Part shown: positions 1-8,773 of the stretch, piece after piece | Layout: each line of letters starts with the position of its first letter | How positions within the stretch are numbered: the first letter of the stretch is position 1 | Assembly: GCA_016795005.1 (NCBI GenBank) | Contig: JAEUIV010000085.1 | Coordinates: 1 to 61,228 of the forward strand | Direction: 5' to 3' | DNA length: 61,228 nt | Source of the DNA: Phycisphaerae bacterium | GTDB taxonomy: Bacteria > Planctomycetota > Phycisphaerae > Phycisphaerales > UBA1924 | Translations under genes and position numbers: made by a program | Notes under the pieces: generated by a model | What the model was told of the DNA's origin: nothing | Seen by the model: only the letters and a program-made list of their open reading frames with translations | The model's database searches: none

Positions 1-80
1 ACTGCATGATACGAAACTCCGAGCGGGACGCCCGAGGACAGCCTCCGCGTCGATGCGGCGTTCCCGATTCGATCGGCGTC

Positions 81-587
81 TCAGGCGACGGCGCGGACTT
101 TGACCTGACTTCCCTCGACCGAGGTGACTCGAACGCGGGTGCCGGCCTCGATGACTCCCCCTTCGGCGAGCGCTTCGATGCGCGTGCCGTCGATCTCGAT
201 GGTGCCGATGGGGCGCATCGAGGTGAGGGCGGAGCCGACGGCGCCGAGGAGAGCCTGTTCCTGGGCCGACTGGGCCTGTTCAAGTGTCGAACGCCGGCGC
301 TGTGACTCGGAGTCTTCGGACAGTATGAGGCGTTTCCCCATCGGCGTGTGGGGCATGAGCCTGAGCGCGAAGTTGAGGGAGATCGGCGCGAGCACGAGCA
401 TGAGGAGCATGCCCGTGATGCCCCAGCCCGGTGAGACGCGCCAGAAGACGACGATTCCCGCGATCGCGGCGACGGCGGCGGTCATGCCGATGATGCCGCC
501 GGACGGGACGAACGCCTCGAGCACCACGAGAAGCAGCGACGCGCCGAGCAGTGCGAATCCCCAAAGTAGAAGCGTCTGTTGTTCCAA
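81..587 (-). CDS. NfeD family membrane protein (short form)
   Basis: 168-aa ORF. The N-terminal half is hydrophobic (LLLWGFALLGASLLLVVLEAF, GMTAAVAAIAGIVVFW). The C-terminus, MRPIGTIEIDGTRIEALAEGGVIEAGTRVRVTSVEG, fits the NfeD OB/beta-barrel pattern. It lies 4 nt downstream of the long NfeD protease gene on the same strand. Confidence 0.75.
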   Translation of the reverse strand: MEQQTLLLWGFALLGASLLLVVLEAFVPSGGIIGMTAAVAAIAGIVVFWRVSPGWGITGMLLMLVLAPISLNFALRLMPHTPMGKRLILSEDSESQRRRSTLEQAQSAQEQALLGAVGSALTSMRPIGTIEIDGTRIEALAEGGVIEAGTRVRVTSVEGSQVKVRAVA

Positions 588-591
588 CGTT

Positions 592-2493
592 TCAGGACTC
601 CCGAGAAGGGTTCGAGGATGGGGGCGCGGGCGGCTCCCGGACCAGGTCCACTCCTACACGATAGTCGGTCACCGAGGTGACCCGCACCAGTTTTCCCGCG
701 TCGATGAACCCAAACTCCGAGACGACATCGACCAGCCGATCGTTGATCTCCGCGGTGCCGGACGGCCGGAGCACCGTCGTGGTGCGTCCGATGGCCCCGA
801 CGGGAGGCAACGACCGCGAGGTGGGGGTCGGGTTCATCGCGGCGAGGAGAGATTCTTCGTCATCGGAGGAGACCGGTCGATCCGCGAGCACGAGGCGACC
901 AACGATGGGGAACTTGTGCGTGTACTTCACGAAGAGGAACACGCCCGCCCCCGCGACGAACAACGAGAGCAGGACGACGCTGCCGGCGCGGGCCAGTTCG
1001 CCGACGCCGCCCGGGCCGACTCCCGGGAACAACTGGCCGGGTGAGGCGAACGACCCCACCAACCCGCCGAAGAGCATGAGAAGCCCGATGACTCCCGGCA
1101 CGCCGAACCCCGGCAGGACGAATATCTCGAGGAGGATCAGGACGAGTCCGCCGACGACCATGGCTCCCATCCACCAGTTTGCGGCTCCGATGAGCATGGG
1201 AGGCACGACAAGTCCCGCGAGCGCGGCGAGGGCGATGATCCCCGGCAATCCCACTCCCGGCATGGACATCTCGATGAACATGGCCATGAGGAAGACGACG
1301 ATTAGAAGCCCCTTGATGACGGTGCCGCTGATCCCCTGGGTCATGAAGGCGACGAGGTCTTCCGACCATGATTGATCGAGCCGGGTGAGGTGCGCCGCGC
1401 CGACGTAGGCCTGGAGGTCCTGATCGTTCTGGATCGTGGCGGTGGCGTCGGCGAGGCCGTAACGTCGCAGGTCTGATTCCTTCAGGGTGAGGAGGGTCTG
1501 CCCGTCGGTCGCGTATTCGATGAGTTCGTATCGGTCCCGATCCGCGGCGGAGAAGATCGGCCTGGGCGAGACGGTGCCGTCGAGTCGGAGGCGGATGTCC
1601 TTCTCGGCGTCCGAGTTGAGCGGGCCGAAAGCGGAACGGAACGCGGAGGGGTCTTCGGAGGGAGAGGCGCCGGCGTGCCGTTCATCCGCCGGCGGCGCGG
1701 CGTTCGCGTCCCGGGATGAGAAGACCCCCGATCGGATGTGCGAAGCGCCGCGGTGAGGCTCCTCGCCGAAGATGGCTCGGTACTCGGACTCCGTGACGAA
1801 GTACTGTTTTCCGGTGCTTTTTTCGCGGATGAGCCAGGTCTCGACGCCGAGGGTGATGAACGCCTGGACGAGGTTTTCGTCGTAGCCGTTGAGCCGGGCG
1901 GATTCAACCACCTCGGCGATCATCGGGGCCATGAGTTTCTGTCGTTCGGTTGCGCCGAGCGTCTGAAGTCCCAGCCCCCCGGGCGCCATGGGGTTCATGT
2001 TGATCTGGATTGGCGCGGCGTCGCCGAGGGTGGCGTGGGGAGCGAGGACGATGCTGTCGCAGGCGAGGGCGATGATGGCGGCCATCGAATAGGCCTCGGT
2101 GTTGATCCAGGCGATGGTGTTGACGGGCGCCTGCTTGACGGCGGAGCAGATCTCAAGCCCGGAGACGACGAGACCGCCCGGGCTGTGTATCTCGATGACC
2201 AGGCCGTCCGCCCCGGCGTCGATCGCCTGTTCGATGCGTCGCTTGACGCTGTGCGCGGTGACGGCGTCGATCTCGCCCCGGATGGTGATGACGGCGAGGT
2301 TCTTCGCGGCGCGGGCGGCGGGGATGGCCGAGGCGGGCGGCGCCGTCTTCGCGTCGGAGGCCGACGCCACCGGCCCCCGCGACAAGGCCCCGACGAGAAG
2401 CAAGCAGAGCACCGCGACGAGGCGCGGGATCGAAAAAAAGCCGCGAATCGGCCCGTCGTTCCAGGGTGCCAACTCTCTGCTGCCCATGTTCAT
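592..2493 (-). CDS. Membrane-bound ClpP-class serine protease, NfeD long form
   Basis: 633-aa ORF with a signal/TM N-terminus. The ClpP/SppA-like domain is ITIRGEIDAVTAHSVKRRIEQAIDAGADGLVIEIHSPGG...AYSMAAIIALACD. A block of TM helices follows. The C-terminal NfeD OB motif is LRPSGTAEINDRLVDVVSEFGFIDAGKLVRVTSV. Confidence 0.8.
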   Translation of the reverse strand: MNMGSRELAPWNDGPIRGFFSIPRLVAVLCLLLVGALSRGPVASASDAKTAPPASAIPAARAAKNLAVITIRGEIDAVTAHSVKRRIEQAIDAGADGLVIEIHSPGGLVVSGLEICSAVKQAPVNTIAWINTEAYSMAAIIALACDSIVLAPHATLGDAAPIQINMNPMAPGGLGLQTLGATERQKLMAPMIAEVVESARLNGYDENLVQAFITLGVETWLIREKSTGKQYFVTESEYRAIFGEEPHRGASHIRSGVFSSRDANAAPPADERHAGASPSEDPSAFRSAFGPLNSDAEKDIRLRLDGTVSPRPIFSAADRDRYELIEYATDGQTLLTLKESDLRRYGLADATATIQNDQDLQAYVGAAHLTRLDQSWSEDLVAFMTQGISGTVIKGLLIVVFLMAMFIEMSMPGVGLPGIIALAALAGLVVPPMLIGAANWWMGAMVVGGLVLILLEIFVLPGFGVPGVIGLLMLFGGLVGSFASPGQLFPGVGPGGVGELARAGSVVLLSLFVAGAGVFLFVKYTHKFPIVGRLVLADRPVSSDDEESLLAAMNPTPTSRSLPPVGAIGRTTTVLRPSGTAEINDRLVDVVSEFGFIDAGKLVRVTSVTDYRVGVDLVREPPAPPSSNPSRES

Positions 2494-2545
2494 GCTTTCA
2501 CGGTCCTCGTCGCCTGGTGGTGCGTCCGGGTTATTCTAGGTCGGC

Positions 2546-2938
2546 ATGCCCAGCACCTTCTCACTTCTTCTGGTCGTTGCCCTGGGTGGTTCGGCGGGAG
2601 CCTTGGCGCGTTTCGGCGTCTACCTGCTGATTCACGGGCGCGGGGGAAGGCACGGCCCGTGGGCGACACTGCTTGTCAATGTCATCGGCTGTCTGCTGCT
2701 CGGACTGATACTGGGTTGGATCGCCAGGCGAGGCGGGAGCAACGAACTCTGGCGGACCTTCTTCACGGTCGGCGTCCTCGGAGCGTTTACCACGTTCTCG
2801 ACCTACGCGGGCGACGCGCTGCGCCTGATTCATGACGGGCGATTGCTGGAGGCCGGCGCGTACCTGCTTCTGAGCATGAGCATCGGACTGGCCGCGTGCG
2901 CGGGCGGATACGAACTCGGGGCGCGGCTGGCCGGCTGA
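2546..2938 (+). CDS. crcB: Fluoride ion channel CrcB/FluC
   Basis: 130-aa ORF with four TM segments. It has typical CrcB motifs (GGSAGALARF near the N-terminus, GVLGAFTTFSTY). Confidence 0.9.
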   Translation: MPSTFSLLLVVALGGSAGALARFGVYLLIHGRGGRHGPWATLLVNVIGCLLLGLILGWIARRGGSNELWRTFFTVGVLGAFTTFSTYAGDALRLIHDGRLLEAGAYLLLSMSIGLAACAGGYELGARLAG

Positions 2939-2948
2939 CGATTCGTCG

Positions 2949-3746
2949 TCAATCCATCGAATTCGGTCGATTTTCGGCGCGACGTTTCATGCGTGCGACA
3001 AACGCTTCGTATTGCTCCGGGGTGTCGATACCGGCCCCGAGCGGTCCGTCAGGCTCGAAGACGGCAACCGCCATGGAGAGGCCGTGCTCCAGCACCCGGA
3101 GTTGTTCGAGTTTTTCGGTTCTTTCCAGGGGCGTCTCGCGGAGTGTCGCGTAGCGGGCGAGGAATCTTCTGCGATAGACATACAGGCCCAGGTGGCGGAG
3201 CGGCTTCGCGTCGGCGCGGGCCTCGCCGTCCCGATCGAACGGGATCGGCGCGCGGGAGAAGTACATCGCGGTGCCGTCGGGGCGGCGGACGACCTTGACG
3301 AGATTGGGATTCACCGGGTCGTCGCCTGGGGCGAAGGGGACGGCGACCGTCGCGGTTTCCACTGTTGGCGGCGACCGTCGGAGCGCGTCCACGGCGGCCT
3401 CAATCAGCGCGGGGGGCATCTCCGGCTCATCCCCCTGGAGATTGACGATGATCTGATCGCCGGGAGACTCGGGCAGGGCAAGGACCCGGCAGGCCTCGGC
3501 GAGGCGGGCGGTTCCGTTCGGATGCGAGGGAGACGTGAGAACGCACTCACCCCCGAAGGCCCGCACAGTGTCGGCGACGCGCGGGTCATCCGTGGCGACG
3601 ATGATCCGTGAGAGGCAGGAGGCACGCTGCGCCGTCTCGTAGACGTGCTGTATCAGGGTTTTCCCGGTCCGGTCGAGGAGCACTTTTCCGGGGAGCCGGG
3701 TGGATCCGAGGCGGGCGGGGATGATCGCGATCGCCGGCGAGTTCAA
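2949..3746 (-). CDS. kdsB: 3-deoxy-manno-octulosonate cytidylyltransferase (CMP-KDO synthetase)
   Basis: 265 aa. The N-terminus IAIIPARLGSTRLPGKVL and the NLQGDEP motif are characteristic of KdsB. Confidence 0.9.
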   Translation of the reverse strand: MNSPAIAIIPARLGSTRLPGKVLLDRTGKTLIQHVYETAQRASCLSRIIVATDDPRVADTVRAFGGECVLTSPSHPNGTARLAEACRVLALPESPGDQIIVNLQGDEPEMPPALIEAAVDALRRSPPTVETATVAVPFAPGDDPVNPNLVKVVRRPDGTAMYFSRAPIPFDRDGEARADAKPLRHLGLYVYRRRFLARYATLRETPLERTEKLEQLRVLEHGLSMAVAVFEPDGPLGAGIDTPEQYEAFVARMKRRAENRPNSMD

Positions 3747-3816
3747 CGTGCTGATCCATCACTTTCCGGCGTCCTGGCCCGTTCGATCGATCGTGCGGCT
3801 CGCGGGTCCGTCGCGT

Positions 3817-5358
3817 TCATGACTTGAGAGACTTCACGAGGTCCTGAAGTTGTTGCCGGCGGGCGCGGATGTCCTTGAATCCGATGCGCTGCACGGCGAT
3901 TCCCGATGCCAGTTTGAATGCTTCGTCCGCGGCGGAGGCGTCGCGGGTCTCCGTCGCCTTGCGCTGGAGGATGTCCATCAGGCCGTAGCGCAGTTCAGCG
4001 GCGAGATCGTCCGTGGCGACGGGATGACTGGCGATGGCGTCGCGGTAGGAATGCTCCGCTTCATCGACCCATCCGAGCCGGCCGAAGGCGACGCCGAGGT
4101 TCATGAGGACCTGCGTGAGGATGCCCGGGGAGCCGCGCGCCTGCTGCAGCTGCTCGATGGCTTTTTCGTTCTCGCCGATGAGGAGGAGGCGCTGCCCGAG
4201 TTCGAATCGCAGTTGCATGTCCGTTGGATTGTGGAGGGTCCGCTCCTCGAACTCCTTGACCTCCATCTCGCAGAGTTGGCGCTCGACCTTCGCGGCCTGG
4301 GCTTGCTTTTCCGCGTTGGTCGGGTCCGCCTCGGCGGCGTCCTTAATCGCCTTCACCTGACGGCGGGCGACGCGCAGATTGAGGTCTCCGGCGAGCGCCT
4401 TGAACCGATAGTTCTGGGTGTCCTTGTACCCCTGGGTCAGGACGGCGTAGGCAAGTTTCTCGTCGTCCGGTGTGCCCCGTTCGAGGAGCAACCGGGCGTA
4501 CTTCTGGATGGCGCTGACGTCCTTCGGGCGCGCGTCGTAGTCGGCTCGGGCGCGTTCGATCGCTCGGATCTGGACCTCTTCGGTCTTGACGATCCGCTCC
4601 TCCTCCTCGACGGCGCGCTGGCCGGAGATGTCCTTGACGTTGCGCCGGAAGGCGCCGGCCTCGACCGTCTTTCCCTCTTCGTAGCCGCTCTTCTTCATGG
4701 TGGCCTGGGCGGCGAGGTTCTTGACCTCGGCGGTCAGGCGCGCGTCGGAGGGATCGAGACGGCAGGCGATCTCACCGGCGATGACGGCCGAATCGAACGC
4801 GCTGGCCTGCTGGAACAGGTTCATCAACTGGACGAAGAGGTCCTTCTTGGCCTTGGGGTCTTCGCCGGCGATTCCCAGCACTCGCTTGCCGATCCAAGCG
4901 CCGGCGTCCTGGAGGCCGATCTTCACCCCGGACTCGAAGGCGCGCAGCCCGAGGGAGTATTCAAGCGGCTTGGTCGCCCACATGAGGAGGTTCAAGAGAT
5001 AGCGGTCGACCGGGGACTTGCCTGAAAAGGCGCTGACCTGATCCTTGGTCGGCCCCTTCGGTCGCGCGGGACTGTCGAGGAACTCCGAGGCCGACTTCCA
5101 GAAACTCTCCAGCCCTTCGACGCTCGTGGGATCGTGGCGGAGCCCTTGAAGCCACAGGGTCATCGCGTATTCGTAGTTCGTCGAGTCATGGACGGCCTGG
5201 GCGCGCTCGAAGAACTTGCGCGCCTTGGCCGGCTCCGGCTGACCGGCGCTCTCGACGGATTCGTCACCCGTCGGGGCGCCCGGCCCCTCCGGCGGCTGGC
5301 CGGCGCCGTCTTTCTTTTTGAAAATTCCAAACGCCAATCGTCGCTCCAACATGCTCAT
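3817..5358 (-). CDS. TPR-repeat protein, function unknown
   Basis: 513-aa ORF with coding-like composition and repeated helical A/L/Y-rich TPR-like segments. The N-terminus is P/G/E-rich. No catalytic motif was recognised. Confidence 0.6.
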   Translation of the reverse strand: MSMLERRLAFGIFKKKDGAGQPPEGPGAPTGDESVESAGQPEPAKARKFFERAQAVHDSTNYEYAMTLWLQGLRHDPTSVEGLESFWKSASEFLDSPARPKGPTKDQVSAFSGKSPVDRYLLNLLMWATKPLEYSLGLRAFESGVKIGLQDAGAWIGKRVLGIAGEDPKAKKDLFVQLMNLFQQASAFDSAVIAGEIACRLDPSDARLTAEVKNLAAQATMKKSGYEEGKTVEAGAFRRNVKDISGQRAVEEEERIVKTEEVQIRAIERARADYDARPKDVSAIQKYARLLLERGTPDDEKLAYAVLTQGYKDTQNYRFKALAGDLNLRVARRQVKAIKDAAEADPTNAEKQAQAAKVERQLCEMEVKEFEERTLHNPTDMQLRFELGQRLLLIGENEKAIEQLQQARGSPGILTQVLMNLGVAFGRLGWVDEAEHSYRDAIASHPVATDDLAAELRYGLMDILQRKATETRDASAADEAFKLASGIAVQRIGFKDIRARRQQLQDLVKSLKS

Positions 5359-5582
5359 GACTCACCCATTCGCCGAAAGTGACCCTCCGGGTCCATCGGG
5401 GTGAGCATCCCATGCTACGAAACCGGCCACCCATGCTTTCCACGGCCTCGGGGAATCAACCCGAGAACGAGTCGGGCACGATGGTCCGCGTCCAAACTTT
5501 ACCCGCACATTCGGACGACCGCGCGGGAGAGAATCCGATTCGGCACCGAATGGTGCCCGGCGTCGGTGGTCCGGTCGTTCGC

Positions 5583-6215
5583 TCAGGTCGTCGCGCCACG
5601 CGGCGCACGGACCCCAAGAAAGTTGGCGAGCAGTCGAGGCCCTTCGACCGTCAGGAACGATTCGGGGTGGAACTGGACTCCGTCGAGCGGCGCGGCGTTT
5701 TTCCCCGCGATGCGGCGGAGCCCCATGACCACCTCCGCGGAGGAGCCGTCGTCGAGGGTGTCGCGTGTCCACGCGGAGACTTCCCAGCCGTCGGTCGGGA
5801 CGGTGTCCCGGAGGATCACGAGGCTGTGGTAGCGGGTGGCGACGAAGGGGGACGGGACTCCACGGAAGAGGCCCCGGCCGTCGTGGTGAATCTCGCTGGT
5901 CTTGCCGTGCATGATGCGTGCGTGTCGCGTGACGGTCATGCCGTGGGCGTGCCCGATGCACTGGTGCCCGAGGCAGACGCCGAGGATCGGGATGCGACCC
6001 GCGAAGCGGGCGATGATGTCGTTCGAGACCCCTGCTTCGACCGGCGAGCACGGGCCGGGCGAGATGATGATGTGCGACGGGTTCAGGGCGCCGGCCTCGT
6101 CGGGGGTGATGCGGTCGTTGCGGACCACCTTCAGTTCAATCGACGGATCGAGTTCGCCGATGCGCTGGACGAGGTTCCAGGTGAACGAATCGTAGTTGTC
6201 GATGAGGAGGATCAT
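5583..6215 (-). CDS. trpG: Anthranilate/aminodeoxychorismate synthase component II (glutamine amidotransferase)
   Basis: 210 aa. The N-terminus is MILLIDNYDSFTWNLVQ, the catalytic Cys motif is GVCLGHQCIG, and the C-terminal motif is GVQFHPES. TrpG and PabA cannot be told apart from sequence alone. Confidence 0.9.
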   Translation of the reverse strand: MILLIDNYDSFTWNLVQRIGELDPSIELKVVRNDRITPDEAGALNPSHIIISPGPCSPVEAGVSNDIIARFAGRIPILGVCLGHQCIGHAHGMTVTRHARIMHGKTSEIHHDGRGLFRGVPSPFVATRYHSLVILRDTVPTDGWEVSAWTRDTLDDGSSAEVVMGLRRIAGKNAAPLDGVQFHPESFLTVEGPRLLANFLGVRAPRGATT

Positions 6216-6312
6216 GCGCGTGGGCGGCCGCTTCGACCGCCCGGCCGGGGCGGGGAATGAGCCATCATCACGATAGCGATCGTTCGGCCGAGGAGCGCGG
6301 TGTTTGGGGGGC

Positions 6313-7110
6313 TTACGCCGCCTTCATGTCCGTTCCCGCGACGCCGTCGCGGGTGACATAGAAGAGCCGATCGGTGATCGGGTACGGGAGGCGGAGGTAA
6401 TCGTGCTCGACGCGCGCTCGCACGCGGTCCACGAAGTCGGTGGGGCTTGGTGTGAGCGCGAGGAACATGTCGCGGGACGGTGTGGCGACGAGGAAGTCGC
6501 CTCCCATCTCGGGGGCCAGTCGCTCGAAGAGCGATTCGAGGAGGAGCCTCGAGGCGTCGTACCCGTCCTGGTTGGAGAGAAGGATGGCGTGCCCGCCTTC
6601 CGCGGCGTCCATGGTGCGGATCTCGAGTTCGGGCGTATACCGGCGGAGGTTCTTGCGCGCGACGGCTTCGAGTTCATCGGGCGAGAGTCCCCAGCGGACC
6701 ATCTGCTCCGTCGTCACGGAGACGGTCATGTAGGGCATGTCGATGACAAAGACGACGACCGTGTCGTTCACGTACGGCATGTGCGCGACGAGTTCCTGCG
6801 AGAGGTGCTCGAAGATGGTGACGGGCTGGATGCGCGGCATGATGCGCGTTTTGGCGAGGTCCCACGGCATCGACGCCGCGGAGAGCGACTCTTCATCGAA
6901 GAGGTGTTCGAGGTACTGCTCGACGATCTCGGTGCCCCGTTCGGGCGTGGTGGCGACGAGCCGGAGGAGGTTTTCGAGGTCGAGTCGCCGGCCGTTGACG
7001 ATCATCTCCTTCGGGCCGGAGAGGGTGATCTGAAACTCCGGCTTGAGCCTTCGGAGCATGGCGGCGACCTGTTCGGCGAAGGCTTCCGGCTCTCGGGGCA
7101 TAGCGGACAT
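6313..7110 (-). CDS. DUF1444 (YtpQ-like) family protein
   Basis: 265 aa. Length and the segment LLSNQDGYDASRLLLESLFERLAPEMGGDFLVATPSRDMFLAL resemble the DUF1444/UPF0354 pattern. Confidence 0.55.
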   Translation of the reverse strand: MSAMPREPEAFAEQVAAMLRRLKPEFQITLSGPKEMIVNGRRLDLENLLRLVATTPERGTEIVEQYLEHLFDEESLSAASMPWDLAKTRIMPRIQPVTIFEHLSQELVAHMPYVNDTVVVFVIDMPYMTVSVTTEQMVRWGLSPDELEAVARKNLRRYTPELEIRTMDAAEGGHAILLSNQDGYDASRLLLESLFERLAPEMGGDFLVATPSRDMFLALTPSPTDFVDRVRARVEHDYLRLPYPITDRLFYVTRDGVAGTDMKAA

Positions 7111-7297
7111 GTTTCACCCATTTCCCAAGCAAAGACGTGCAGTTCGACAACAGCCGACACCCTGTGCAACTCGGCCCGGCTGTATCGTCCATCCGATACG
7201 GAGGCTCTTGGGCAAAGTTCCGGCCTTTCAGCGGTTCTTCTTGGCTAACATGCTCCGATCGTCGCAGACCGCCCGGCTCCTTTGCTGAGGAATCCTC

Positions 7298-8173
7298 TTG
7301 AATCCACTCTCTCGGACGTGTCGGATTAGCGGACCGGATGGGCGCACGTTGGCGGTCGGTCCCGGACAGCCGCTGGTGTTGATCGCCGGGCCTTGCGTGA
7401 TCGAGGAACGATCGCTGACACTCGGGATCGCGCGAACGCTGCGCGATGCGTGCGCGGCGTCGGGCGTTTCGTACATCTTCAAGGCGAGTTATGACAAGGC
7501 CAACCGGACAAGCGGGGCGTCGGCGCGCGGGCCGGGGCTTGCGGACGGGCTGTCGCTGCTGGCGGAGGTGCGCGAATCGCTCGGCGTGCCCGTGACGACG
7601 GATATTCATCTGCCCGACCAGGCGGAGGCGGCGGCGGAGGTGGTGGACCTGATCCAGATTCCCGCGTTCCTGTGCCGACAAACCGACCTGCTGCTTTCGG
7701 CGGGGCGGGCGGCGGCGAAGATGGGGCGGGCGGTGAACGTCAAGAAGGGTCAGTTCCTTGCGCCCGAGGAGATGTCCGGCCCGGTGAACAAGTTGGTGGG
7801 GTCGGGCTGCCGCGAGATCATGCTCACCGAGCGCGGGACGTTTTTCGGCTATCACCGGCTGGTGAACGACTTCATCGGGATGGGCGACCTGATGGAATCG
7901 ACCTTTGACGGAGGCGTTCGCCCTCCCGTGTGCTTCGATTGCACGCACTCCGCGCAGTTGCCCGGCGCGCAGGGCCACGCGACCGGCGGGCGGCGCGATC
8001 GCGTGCCGCTGCTGGCGCGAGCGGCGGTGGCGGCGGGGGTTGACGCGGTCTTCATGGAATGCCATCCCGAGCCTGAGAAAGCCCGGAGCGACGCGAGCAC
8101 GATGCTGAGGCTGGACGACGCGCCCGGGCTGATAACCATGCTGAGCCGGCTGCACGCCTCGGTGCGCGGCTAG
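7298..8173 (+). CDS. kdsA: 2-dehydro-3-deoxyphosphooctonate aldolase (KDO-8-P synthase)
   Basis: 291 aa with motifs LIAGPCVIE, FKASYDKANRTS, IPAFLCRQTDLL and CTHS. The ORF-track start at 7298 is a TTG codon. Confidence 0.9.
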   Translation: MNPLSRTCRISGPDGRTLAVGPGQPLVLIAGPCVIEERSLTLGIARTLRDACAASGVSYIFKASYDKANRTSGASARGPGLADGLSLLAEVRESLGVPVTTDIHLPDQAEAAAEVVDLIQIPAFLCRQTDLLLSAGRAAAKMGRAVNVKKGQFLAPEEMSGPVNKLVGSGCREIMLTERGTFFGYHRLVNDFIGMGDLMESTFDGGVRPPVCFDCTHSAQLPGAQGHATGGRRDRVPLLARAAVAAGVDAVFMECHPEPEKARSDASTMLRLDDAPGLITMLSRLHASVRG

Positions 8174-8221
8174 CGCATTCCGCGGTCTGCGGGCGCGGAA
8201 GTGAGCGGCTACTATTCGGGC

Positions 8222-8773
8222 ATGAAGCGGAAGTGCGATCGCTGCGAGAACGAGGCGACCGTTCACGAGGTCGTGATCCGTAACGGCGAGAAGGCCGAGA
8301 AGCACCTGTGCGAATCGTGCGCGCGGGAGGAAGGCTTCGCCGGGGTGGCGCACGCACCGATCTCGGACCTCATCACGAAGTTCGTGATCTCGCAGGCCAA
8401 GGGGGAGCGCTCGCCGGTCAAGGTGGGGATGTGTCCTTCGTGCGGCATGACCTTCGCGGAGTTCAAGCAGCACGGGGTGCTCGGGTGCCCCGAGTGCTAC
8501 ACGGCGTTCGAGGCTCAGTTGAGTTCGATGATCGAGCGGGCGCATGAGGGAGCGACGCATCATGTCGGCAAGACGCCCAAGCGGCTCGGTGGCTCGGCGG
8601 GTCGGCATGAACGGATCACGGCGCTTCGCAAGCAGTTGAACGAGGCGATCACCGCGGAGCAGTACGAGCGGGCGGCGGCGCTGCGGGACCAGTTGCTCCA
8701 TGTCGAGAAACCCGAGGCCGAGTCGGAATCCGAGCCTCAGCGGCGGAGCGACGCGGGAGGGAAGACCCCGTGA
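8222..8773 (+). CDS. mcsA: Protein arginine kinase activator McsA (zinc-finger plus UVR motif)
   Basis: Two CxxC pairs occur twice (CDRCEN...CESCA and CPSCG...CPECY). A C-terminal UvrB/C-like motif is ITAEQYERAAALRDQL. ATG at 8222 is preferred over GTG at 8201. The stop overlaps the mcsB start (GTGA). Confidence 0.8.
   Translation: MKRKCDRCENEATVHEVVIRNGEKAEKHLCESCAREEGFAGVAHAPISDLITKFVISQAKGERSPVKVGMCPSCGMTFAEFKQHGVLGCPECYTAFEAQLSSMIERAHEGATHHVGKTPKRLGGSAGRHERITALRKQLNEAITAEQYERAAALRDQLLHVEKPEAESESEPQRRSDAGGKTP

Noticed and set aside
6-1044. Plus-strand ORFs 6..305 and 124..1044 at the left edge.
   Set aside because: They are antisense to the two NfeD genes, have Arg/Ser/Pro-rich composition and show no motifs.
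2494-2545. Possible fluoride riboswitch upstream of crcB.
   Set aside because: Only 52 nt separate the divergent NfeD start from the crcB start, and I could not find the conserved crcB-motif pseudoknot sequence there.
6893-8701. 602-aa ORF on the minus strand spanning kdsA and mcsA. Similar long ORFs occur at 8737..9999, 9426..10520, 12542..14257, 16001..17149, 20031..22034, 24974..27193, 26757..29966, 39332..42388, 44085..45917, 54502..56097 and 56043..57464.
   Set aside because: All lie antisense to, or out of frame with, genes that have unmistakable family signatures. All are extremely Arg/Pro/His/Gly-rich with no recognisable motifs. Long stop-free antisense frames are expected at about 70% G+C.
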